Position numbers and translations under genes: made by a program. From contig OX597824.1 of the NCBI GenBank assembly GCA_951406725.2, positions 6,324,001-6,388,000 on the forward strand: a DNA stretch of 64,000 nucleotides, in the 5' to 3' direction. Positions 53,071 through 64,000 of the stretch are shown here, in pieces; positions within the stretch are counted from its first letter, which is position 1, and each line of letters starts with the position of its first letter. The notes below the pieces were generated by a model. The model saw only the letters and a program-made list of their open reading frames with translations, did no database searches and had not been told where the DNA came from. This DNA is from Octopus vulgaris. Its lineage: Eukaryota.

Positions 53071-53437
53071 GTGGAAGCACTCCGTCGGTTACGACGATGA
53101 ATGTTCCGGTTGATCCGAACCAACGGAACAGCCTGCTCGTGAAATTAACGTGTAAGTGGCTGAGCACTCCACAGGCACGTGCACCCTTAACGTAGTTCTC
53201 GGGGATATTCAGCGTGACACAGAGAGTGACAAGGCCGGCCCCTTGAAATACAGGTACAAGAGAAACAGGAAGTAAGAGTGAGAGAAAGTTGTGTTGAAAG
53301 AGTACAGCAGGGTTCACCACCATCCCCTGCCGGAGCCTCGTGGAGCTTTTAGGTGTTTTCGCTCAATAAACACTCAAAACGCTCGATCCTATGACCGCGA
53401 GTCCGCTGCCCTAACCACTGGGCCATTGCGCCTCCAC
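53071..53437 (-). mobile_element. SINE family C, tail type 2
   Basis: Same head and core as 41846 with a different 3' half; TSD tacacaagtgaa on both sides. Confidence 0.85.
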
Positions 53438-53622
53438 TACACAAGTGAATTACTTGAAGGAATATATATATATATCTTAAAGTTATTGCGCTATGAGGAA
53501 AGATTTTATTTTCCTCTCTGGAAGTTTTATGTGAGATTCGTAGGCGCGAACTTCAGAAACACAGTGAAAAGATAAAACGCAAATGAGCTCGTGCACACAC
53601 CAAATACAGACTCTGTTATAAA

Positions 53623-53994
53623 CAAGGCCGTGCAAAAGTAGGTATACAATCATGAAAAAATAAAACACGTACAACACTCATATATTATTATCAAAATATA
53701 TTAAAAAATCAACCTCATTTTTGATATTTTCAGTGTCATTTACCATAATACCACATTTATCATAACCATAATATTACTTTTATTGTAAACTAGCAGTATC
53801 GCCCGGCGTTGCTCAGGTTTGTAAGGGAAATAACTATAAAGCATTTTTAGAGAGTTAAGCAAACAGACACACAGAAACACGCACAGACAAACTGCCGTTT
53901 ATATATAAAGTTTGATTTTGTTGATTAAAAATAAATGAGTATTGTATGTGTTTTCTTTTTTCCATACCCGTATACCTACTTTTGCACACCACTG
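53623..53994. mobile_element. Tc1/mariner-type MITE with about 70-bp TIRs, containing a mini-Helitron
   Basis: gtgcaaaagtaggtatac...aaaacacgtacaacactcat and atgagtattgtatgtgtttt...gtatacctacttttgcacaccactg|TA. Confidence 0.7.
53790..53911 (-). mobile_element. Minimal non-autonomous Helitron (about 120 bp)
   Basis: Same CTAG/hairpin end as 2007 and 25322, joined almost directly to the tttatatataaag end. Confidence 0.75.
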
Positions 53995-54014
53995 TATTAT
54001 ACAAATGTATAATA

Positions 54015-54427
54015 CTCTTACTCTCTTTACTCTTTTACTTGCTTCAGTCATTTGACTGCGGCCATGCTGGAGTACCGCCTTTAGTCGAGCAAATCGACCC
54101 CATGACTCATTCTTTGTAAGCCTAGTACTTATTCTATCGGTTTCTTTTGCCGAACCGCTAGGTGACGGGGACGTAAACACACCAGCATCGGTTGCCAAGC
54201 GATGATGAGAGGACAAACACAGACACACAAACTTGTACACACACATACATACATATATATATATACATATATACGACGGGCTTCTTTCAGTTTCCGTCTA
54301 CCAAATCCACTCACGAGGATTTGGTCGGCCCGAGGCTATAGTAGAAGACATCTGCCCAAGGTGCCACGCAGTGGGACTGAACTTAGAACCATGTGGTTGG
54401 TAAGAAAGCTACTTACTTCACAGCCAT
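54015..54427 (-). mobile_element. SINE family B
   Basis: Matches the other copies. Confidence 0.9.
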
Positions 54428-54668
54428 CATATTTATACATTTCATATACATTATATATATATAGTATAGTATACATGTATACCCATATGCATATATATAT
54501 ATAGGTGTGTATACCTATCTCTATGTATCTATTTATATGCGTCTATATCTATCAACATCTATCAAACTATAAGATATATGTATTCACATTTGTTAACTTT
54601 TTCACGGTGTAGGTTTTATAAAATGTAGTCTAGATGTATTAAATGTATTAAATAAATGTACACACAGT

Positions 54669-55030
54669 GTTCAGTCCCACTGCGTGGCATCTTGGGCAAG
54701 TGTCTTTTGCTTTAGCCCCGGGCCGACCAATGCCTTGTGAGTGGGTTTGGTAGACGGAAACTGAAAGAAGCCTGTCGTATATATGTATATATATATATAT
54801 ATATGTGTGTGTGTTTGTGTGTCTGTGTTTGTCCCCCTAGCATTGCTTGACAACCGATGCTGGTGTGTTTACGTCCCCGTTACTTAGCGGTTCGGCAAAA
54901 AAGAGACCGATAGAATAAGTACTGGGCTTACAAAGAATAAGTCCCGGGGTCGATTTGCTCGACTAAAGGCGGTGCTCCAGCATGGCCTCAGTCAAATGAC
55001 TGAAACAAGTAAAATAATAAAAGAATAAAC
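54669..55030 (+). mobile_element. SINE family B, 5'-truncated
   Basis: Starts at gttcagtcccactgcg; full tail present. Confidence 0.9.
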
Positions 55031-55063
55031 ACACGGGTGTGCGTGTGTTTGTTTGTGTGTGCG

Positions 55064-55118
55064 TTGTTGAATAAAATTTATTGAAAAAAAGCCGCAATAA
55101 CTATGCACCAACCCAATA
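55064..55118. mobile_element. Solo mariner-type TIR
   Basis: Reverse complement TA|TTGGGTTGGTGCATAGTTATTGCGG resembles Hsmar1-type TIRs (TTAGGTTGGTGCAAAAGTAATTGCGG). Confidence 0.55.
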
Positions 55119-56638
55119 GTAATGATTATAGTTACATTATGTGCTATGAGAAGTTAAAATTAAGAGTAATAGAAGTAAAATGTTGTGACTATTAACTCGA
55201 AGAATTAAATATATACCCAGTAAGGGGCCTTAAGTTTATACAATGTTAGAAAGACAAAAAAAAAAGAAAATTGTAAAGAAAATTAGCCGCTGAAAATTAC
55301 TAACGGCGATAAACCATTATCAGGAAATCAACTCCAATGTACATGAATAGAAGAAATTTATGTATCTTTAAGCTCAACAGGAAATATAGAAAAAAGAAAA
55401 CGAACGTTATAGGAAAGTGAGCCATCGTCCTGGAAGAATAGTGAGAGTGGAAGAGTGTCAGTGAAAATGGTACAGTTGAACGACAAACGCTTTGATATCT
55501 CGGGCAATATATTCAAAATTCAAAGTGAATTTAACTTCTGTGTGTTTTTAACTAATTAGAATCGCTCTTGGACACAGTCTCAGATTAAGTAACAGAAAGG
55601 AGAAGTACAATTCTGAAGTTTAGTTTAATTATTGGTAAAAACAAAGGAGGTTAATGCATTTGTTAGTAAAGAAAGAGAAGTAAAGAATTTGGATAGTTTA
55701 TAGCAAAGAGTTGATTGCTATGATGTTAGAAAGTGTCATTGTAACTAAATAGAAGTATCAGAAAGGAGTTTGGTATTTTACGACTGATCGGAGATGGAAA
55801 ATCTTTTGTTATCGAGGATAACAAAACTGCTTTTAAACTGATGTTAAACTGAGATTACAAGTAAGGTTAGCTTAGATAATGATAAAGATTAAAGCAGCAG
55901 TGCACATAATTTAAGAAAATATAGGATACGTATGATGTTAAAGATAGCTATAATCGATTATATAATGCAAATAAGTCACTTGAGGGTTGATTTGGTAGTA
56001 AAATAAGATCAAAGATATACGAATGTGGCCGGACTCCACGTACTGTGATTGTACAGTTAAACAGTTATGCGTCCGCAGCTAATCATTATTGCTAATCAGT
56101 CTACCGAGTTAGTCAATAAATATATTAGGCTGCCCGATAAATTCGTTTATTTTTTTTACAATTTTATTTTATTTTAATTCTTTCTCGTGTTTTCTGAATT
56201 AGCGCAAAAAAATTACAAAAACATTATAGTAGATTTTTATATAGTTTTTGCTGTGCTGCTCGTCTACAATTTTGTTTAACGTTTTTGAAATTTGAATAAG
56301 TTTTACCCCTTTTCAGACATTTGACGATAGAGTGCCACGTGGAAAGGAAATGAATGAATTTATGACAAGCCAATAATTCATGCTATCTGCAGGATGCGGC
56401 AGAAAATCTCCCGTGCTTTACAGGTGGCACTAATACGAAACATAAAGATAGACGAGTACCAAACGATTGACTATTAGCTGTATTAAGAAACACTTATACC
56501 TACTGAAATCACTGGCACCATGCCAATGGTCGGATAAATTATAGAAGCCTTTTTTCTGTTGCGCCGTCTTTTGAAAGATGAAAATAACACATGGAACGAC
56601 ACATAGGACAATGTAGTCCTCGGTATACAAATCCGCAA

Positions 56639-56869
56639 GGCGGTGAGCGGGCAGAACTGTTAGCGCACCGGGCGAAATGCTTAACGGTATTTCGTCTGTC
56701 TTTACGTTCTGAGTTCAAATTCCGCCGAGGTCGACTTTGCCTTTCATCCTTTCGGGGTCTATTAAATAAGTACCAGTTACTCACTGGGGTCGATATAGTC
56801 GACTTAATCCGTTTGTCTGTCCTTGTTTGTCCCCTATGTGTTTAGCCCCTTGTGGGTAGTAAAGAAATA
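56639..56869 (+). mobile_element. SINE family A, full length
   Basis: TSD ggtatacaaatc(c/t)gca at 56622 and 56870. Confidence 0.9.
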
Positions 56870-58529
56870 GGTATACAAATCTGCAGGAAGGTCATGTTTG
56901 AAATATCTTTGAGCATTTGCTTAAACCAGTCCAATAAGAGGCGAAATAACAAAAAAAAAACAAAAAAACTCATTATACGCGCTTCTGTGCATCCGTGCGT
57001 GTGCGAATGTGTGTGCTTGTGTGTTTGTCTGCGCACGGGCATGTATATGCATATATTTTCATATATAATATTCAGGTTTACCTTGTTATATTTTCTGATT
57101 CTCACACGAACAGCGAATGAGCCGGTTTCTAACCTAGAAACAACACTTTTTCTTTTGAATGCAATCATCGCAAATATATTATTTTTTCTTTGTAGGTATG
57201 TCAATGTGTGTGTCTATGTGTGTGTGTGTGTGTTTGTGCGTGTGTGTTTGTACGTATGTATACATGTATGTATTCATGCAGTACGTATGCATATGGGCCT
57301 GTGCATTTGTAAAGCGTCTATGCGCACACTTGCCCGTGTGCAAGCAAGGATTTCATTGCACGAGTGACGCTGTATACTTAAAAATACGCATACTTACGCA
57401 CAGCCATATCTACGCGTAAATGTATGCAATCATCCATTTTAAATATAAATATATAAATATTTTCCCTCATTGTCTTTCTTGTTTCTTTTCTGTCTCATTT
57501 TATCTCTCTCCATTTTTCCCCTTTCTTTGTAATCTTCTAAAATCTTTCCATTTCATTGGAATAAAGAGAGTAAGGTGGAAACGAATTTGTTGAATAAAAA
57601 AATCATTGACCTAAATCTCCAACGACTATAGAGCTATCAGAGAATAATTTAAAATATTCGCAGAATAGTTGACTTTCGGAATACATTTATCTCCTAAATT
57701 TATGGAACCTGTTATTTTTTTCACACTGCTGTGCCATATATACAGAAATGATTGGAGAACTTCCGTCTAATTAATCACATGGTGAGCATTTTTATCCATA
57801 CATTATGAAGGATTTTTTTTTATACAATATTTGTATAGAATTTCGAATTAGGAAAAGTTATTTACAGAAATTCCATATAAGATATGTATATGTACGTATT
57901 CATTTATTTTCGCATCAATCTGCTATCAGGACATATGTCTACGAATATACATTTATACTCATCTATGTATTTACATAAGAAGGAATATGTGTTACGTATA
58001 TATATGTGTACGTAGGCAAGCAGATTTATATGTTTCGTCTATGAATATATTTATATATATACTCATCTATATATGCGAATAAGGCGAAATATAAGTACTT
58101 GAGTATATATATATATACACATACATGTGTCTGTTTGTAGGTGTGTGTGATATGTGTGTAAATATAAGTCGAGACGTATGTAATTATGTATGTGTGGAGG
58201 TGGTGTGTATGCGCAACTATTTAATTATGATTGCATATACGTGTGTATGTGTTCCTAAGCTTGTATGCATTTATATATGACTGAACATATATGGAAATGC
58301 GAATGTAATTATATATATATACATGCATACATATACATATACATATATGTGTGTGTGTTTTGTGTGTGTCAGAGAGAGAGAGAGAGAGTGCGTACATGTA
58401 TTCACGTATATTTGTATATAATTACGTTTTTATGAATTTATGTACAGACATTTTTTTACGTGTGCGTTCTTACAGACATAGCAATGAATGCAAGCATATA
58501 CGTACTTCTTAATGCACTACGTACATTTG

Positions 58530-58574
<45 letters not shown>

Positions 58575-58587
58575 TCTTACGCTCCCC

Positions 58588-58647
<60 letters not shown>

Positions 58648-58889
58648 GTGTGTTCGTGTCTAAGTATAATGGCCTTATCGATAAAATGCAAGTTCATATT
58701 TTTTTGCGATAAAGCATAAATAACAACTTAAATGTGCTCGTTTAGATGAAAGCTTCCATTTTATTATTAATTTTCATTTCTCTGACTTTAAATATATGAA
58801 ACTGCTAGTGTGCATATGTGCGTGTATTTGTGTTTATGTATGTATGTGTATATATATATGTGTGTGTATATGTGTGTATATATATATAA

Positions 58890-58924
<35 letters not shown>

Positions 58925-59365
58925 AGTATATATGTATATATGTATGTATGTATAAATTTTCATATATTTGTGTTACTAATGCGTGTATGCATATATATAT
59001 GTGTGTATTTTCAGTAGACGTATGCATATACATATATTATCTATATGTGTGTGTGTGTGTGTGTGTGTTTGTATCTGTGACTGTGTCAGTGTGTATCGCC
59101 GTATTCGAGATTCTAGGCCTGTGACTATATCTGCCTTTACATCGACACCGCATAAATAACGGTGTTCTTTGTTGATATCTAGCAGTTTGAAAATTCGACA
59201 AATATATTTATAGATTTCCATATATTGCAGACTTAATTCAATATGATTAACTGAAGACTTTTAACGGTGGATCCAAGTGTGGTCATAGCCAATTGTGAAA
59301 CAACCAGAAATTCAATAGGTATAAATCTAAAACTAAATCTATCTATCCATCGACATATGTATATA

Positions 59366-60607
59366 CTGTGGCTGGACAAAACAATGGAAACACGTTAAAA
59401 TTTCAGGCAAAATTATTTTAATATGGCAGTAATTACAGCTTGAATCCTATGAGGTATGAATTCGTATAAAGTTTGAATTGTTTCCAAAGGAAATTTTGTC
59501 CATTCTTCAGCTAAAACAATCTCCAGTTCTTGTAGTGATGATGGTGGAGGATATCGACTCCTTACTTGTTTTTCTAAAATGCACCATAAATGTTCAGATC
59601 TGGGGACTGTGGTGGCCAGATAAGATGTTCAACTTCACTAGAATGTTCCTCGTGCCATTCAGTAACAACTTTAGCTGTGTGAATTGGTGCATTATCATCC
59701 TGAAAGATTGCGTTTCCCTCCGGAAACAATTCCGCAACCATAGGATGAATTTGATGGGATAAAATCCTTAAATAGTCTTCATTATTAATTCTGGCATGAA
59801 AGGAAACCATTGGACCGGTGGATTTCCAAGATGCATACCCGCCAGTTCATCACAGATCCTCTACCATGTTTAACAGTTGGAAGAAAGCAGTCTAGATTAA
59901 CTGCTTCTTTTCGCTGTCTCCACACGTATACTCGGCCAGTCGTCGGAAATTAGGTAAAGGATGACACGTCCGTGAACATAACATTCTTACACTGCTCAAG
60001 GGACCAATTCTGTAGGTTTTTACTCCACTTTAAATGCTTTGCAACGTTTGTTTTTGAAGGTAGTGATTTTCTGATTGCAGCCCTCCCGTGAAATCCGACT
60101 TTGTGCAGTTCCGGCGAGCAGTTTTTATGGAAACTGGATTCTCGAAGTCGTCATTAAGCTCTGCAGTCATTTTGGGAGCTGTACTTTTGTGATCCTTTCT
60201 AACAATTCATATAAGAGTCCGGCAGTCCCTATCTGAAAGTTTTGGTTTTCTTCCGGAATTTTGTTTTGATGAGAGAGTTTTTCCTTCTTTCTCAAAGGCT
60301 GTCATTACTTTCGAGGCAGTACTTCTTGATGCACCAAACATTTCAGCTATTTTCATTATGCTAGCGCTTGTCATACGAGCACCAACAATTTGACCTTCTT
60401 GAAAGTCCGATAGGCCTGTCATTTTAATAAATTTTAATTACCTTTTCCTGATGATATCTGAAAAGAAACAGCAATTTTAGCAAAACATATTAAGCAACAC
60501 TAATAATAAATCAAAAAACATAAAAATAAACAAGCTTTCGACAGTTTTATAAATATTTCAAAATTATGATGCTATGATGCTAGGTGTTTCCATTATTTTG
60601 TCTGGTC
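59366..60607 (-). mobile_element. Decayed Tc1-type transposon
   Basis: TIRs gacaaaa(c/t)aatggaaacac; transposase pieces MTGLSDFQEGQIVGAR...GRKPKLSDRD, FTDVSSF, FQDDNAPIH and WPPQSPDLNI, with frameshifts and stops. Confidence 0.9.
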
Positions 60608-61172
60608 AAAGACGCGTCCAAGATAGCTCAAAGTTGACCTATCACGATATATTGAGAAAAAATCGAGATTTTGTTTAGATGTTGGCATTATAGAGTGTCG
60701 GGAGTAACTTATAAAGGTATTGTTAAATAATCATTTAATTAATGATCATTTATTTAATTAATAAAATAATCATTTAATTAATGTTTTATTTATCTAACCC
60801 CTTACAAGTAAATTTTATAAATTTAAGTTTGTTCATCCTATTTATTCTTATATGAACATATGTTTGTGTGTGTGTGTGTGTAACTTAGATTTGCGTAAAA
60901 TTCATACACATGCGCACACGAACATGTCTATACAAGCGCGTACGTACAAGGGTATGCATCTGCTGCTTTCAATAAAAAGTATTCATGAAACCGAAATGCG
61001 ATATATTGTCTTTGGTTGGTGTTTAAATTTCGTTCTTTTTAGCTTCTAAGAGTTATGTAATGGAATCAAAAGTTAAACGAAATGAATATGTAGGGGCTGT
61101 AAAGACTAGTAGTCATTCGGTGAATATATGAGAACAACTCTTGCGAAACAAGTATTTAGTTTCAAAAATTCG

Positions 61173-61253
61173 AATACGGTTAATGTTAATAACCACGTGT
61201 TTAAAATTAGTTATCAACATTAACCGTATTAACTACGTGTTTAAAATTAGTTA
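61173..61253. repeat. 21-bp-arm hairpin with an adjacent direct duplication of its loop
   Basis: aatacggttaatgttaataac / gttatcaacattaaccgtatt (one mismatch); acgtgtttaaaattagtta occurs twice. Confidence 0.85.
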
Positions 61254-61467
61254 ACCCAAAAAACTGTTGACGATAGCAGTATGCAAATTCATTTTTTTGC
61301 TTAAAAAAAAAACAGATGGCTTTTCGATATGTGCAGCTTTTCTTGACGACAAAGGCAAATTAAGTCAAGTCCTTTCGTGATTGATCCGAGTCACACTAGA
61401 AACGTCACTTTCTGATGTCGGTGAGTACAGATGGAACAAGACAGGGAGATGAAGCAATTTCTCTTTG

Positions 61468-61519
<52 letters not shown>

Positions 61520-61776
61520 ACTCTCTATCTCTCTCTGGGTCTAAGGAAACGTATATGTTAATTCAATTTTACTTTGAAGTGATTGGTTGTCAGTCACGCG
61601 TAATTACTCGGGTCATCGTATAAACCATCTTGGAAAAGCAAACTCCTCTAAGTGAACACTTGAAATGATTTCGGTACCTGCAGCCTAGGATAAAGGCTGT
61701 GCCGGAATATGCTTTTCTCTTTTATGGACAGCGATGTTGAAACCTTTGATTTCTATGCATGAGCAACTAACATTAA

Positions 61777-61999
61777 CCCATTCAGTCCCAGACTACTTAA
61801 ATTTCTGAATATTAATTTTAAATTTTTACAGATGATTGAAACTAGGTTAAAATGAAAAAAATAATTATTAGAACTCCTTTACTTCAAGTAGAAATGGAAA
61901 TACTCGGTGTCCTATAAATAGGACACAGAGACATTGTGATATAGCTTATCTAATGTTCTCATTTAGTGTCCTATTTATAGGACAGTGGGACTTAATGGG
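61777..61999. mobile_element. piggyBac-type MITE (223 bp)
   Basis: TTAA|CCCATTCAGTCCCA ... TGGGACTTAATGGG|TTAA; two internal palindromes tgtcctat(aa/tt)ataggaca. Confidence 0.8.
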
Positions 62000-62221
62000 T
62001 TAAAGTTACGTCTGTTGAAAAGACGGTGACATGTAATGGGGAAAGTATCTTCAAAATTAGAGATTAAATCTACAGCCGTAGTTTGTAGGAATGTATTCCG
62101 ATCTTCAGAAATGAAACCCCTTCACACTGTCTCCATCCTTTATATATGTATTTGTTCCTGTATCCTTGTTTGAATATGCGTGTGTGTATATTTCTATATT
62201 TGTTTGTATGTGCGAGTGGGG

Positions 62222-62315
62222 AGAGAGTGGTTTGCTTATATATAAATATATATGGATAAATATGTGCATATATACACAAATATTTATCCATATATATTTA
62301 TATATAAGCAAACCA

Positions 62316-62321
<6 letters not shown>
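62222..62321. repeat. Perfect 42-bp-arm hairpin next to (CT)n
   Basis: agagagtggtttgcttatatataaatatatatggataaatat and its exact reverse complement at 62280-62321. Confidence 0.9.
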
Positions 62322-62374
<53 letters not shown>

Positions 62375-62632
62375 CATACATGTGTGGAGAGAGTATGTAT
62401 ATAGATAAATATGTGTATATATACAAATGTACAATTATACATACACACAATAGATACAAACACACGTGCACATGATATGTGTCTGTGTGTAAGAAATATC
62501 ATGCTCCTTGTTTATTTTTTTCAAGCATTCTTCAGTTACATTTTGTCTCTCTGAATATTTATTTCTGAATAGTTATCCATAAGTACCACACACTTGCATA
62601 AACATACATACATACATACATACATACATACA

Positions 62633-62688
<56 letters not shown>

Positions 62689-62700
62689 TTATATAGAAGG

Positions 62701-62751
62701 AGCTTCTACAGGACTAGAACTGTTTCATTCAAGAGAAATCTTCAGGAAGCT
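62701..62751 (-). ncRNA. Type I hammerhead ribozyme motif, canonical core
   Basis: Minus strand agcttc-CTGAAGA-tTTC-tctt-GAAt-GAAA-CAG-ttctagtc-CTG-TA-gaagct; 6-bp stem I, 4-bp stem III, GUA site; weak stem II. Confidence 0.7.
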
Positions 62752-62959
62752 AGTTAACAAGAATTGTATTGGCATTTATACATTTAGGCAGGTTTAAAGG
62801 GGTGGTGGTGGGGGACTTTTGGGGGGTAGGCATAGCGCAAAATATCATACTTGGGGGAGTGGTCAAGGACTCAGTGGTAAATTAGATAAAAGAATAAATA
62901 AAAAAATTAAAAAATATATATAAAAAAGAATAGAGTTTTAGGTAAATAAGGAGATTCTC

Positions 62960-63975
62960 ACTTATACCTATACACATATGTATACATATATACACACACA
63001 TACATACATATATACATACACACATACATACATACACACACATATACATATATATACACATACACATACACATACATATACATATCTACACATACACATA
63101 TATATATATATACATACACTCACTCACATGCATACACGTATACACACATGTATATATACACACACGACCACACATACATATACACACAGAAAAATATATA
63201 TACATACACACATACACACATGCACACACAGCACACTAGTCCCTATATACACATATATACACATACACACATATATATACATACACATACATATACATAC
63301 ATATATATATATATATACATATGCGTACCTATACATACCTACACATACACACATATATATACATACAAATACAGACCCATTCCCTAATTTTAATTTTATT
63401 ATCTTCATTTATTACTTTTGTTATCTTTGACCGCTGGTCCCAAGGATCTTGGCTATGACAGCAAGTCCATTTATCTGTCTACTTGAAAACAAGCACTCAT
63501 TCACGCACGCACACTCATTAGCACGTACACTCACTCATTCGTACACTCATACACATACACGCACGCACGCGTTATATTCATACATACATACATCTACATA
63601 CATTCACGTATATACACATACGTACGCGTACCTACAGATTCATGTCTACACTCTTAGAAGGCTATTCTATACATATACACCAATAAATATATATATACAC
63701 ACATACATATACACCTACATACAAATACATACATATATATATATATATATATACATACATATATATACACATATATATACACATATATATATATACACAA
63801 ATATATATACACACATATATATACACACATACACATACATAAATATACACACATACACATACATACGTATACATACATACATACATCCATACAACCATAC
63901 ATACATACATTTATACACATACACACACCCATATATATATATACACACACATACATATACATGCATACATATACA
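62960..63975. repeat. Degenerate (CA/TA) low-complexity region
   Basis: Directly visible, with a short unique interruption at about 63370-63500. Confidence 0.9.
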
Positions 63976-64000
63976 AGGCCCTCTCCTTAACAAAATCTCA

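Noticed and set aside
55300-55950. Purine-rich stretch resembling an old LINE remnant (also 24600-25120)
   Set aside because: Too decayed to recover a diagnostic motif by eye.

Overview
AT-rich, microsatellite-dense eukaryotic intergenic or intronic DNA. The SINE repertoire and (TA)n/(TACA)n/(AGAT)n load point to an octopus (coleoid cephalopod) genome, which is an inference. I cannot support any intact host protein-coding gene, rRNA, functional tRNA or CRISPR array; almost all listed ORFs are translations of microsatellites or SINEs. The window holds about 30 tRNA-derived SINE copies from at least four families, three non-autonomous Helitrons plus a Helitron Rep fragment, decayed Tc1 and maT/DD37D transposons, Tc1/mariner and piggyBac-type MITEs, and RTE, R4/Dong-like and Penelope-like (PLE) retroelement remnants. 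The main unexplained structure is a set of type I hammerhead-ribozyme (HHR) motifs carried by several unrelated short elements, mostly next to microsatellites. Three are long fold-back inverted repeats with an HHR in each arm (5.4-5.9 kb, 13.0-13.3 kb, 20.6-21.3 kb), and the last abuts a PLE reverse-transcriptase fragment. One has a G3:C8 core swap, three have U at core position 6, and one is a tRNA-Ile-like Pol III head followed by (AAT)n and an HHR. All ribozyme calls come from manual folding and have not been tested.
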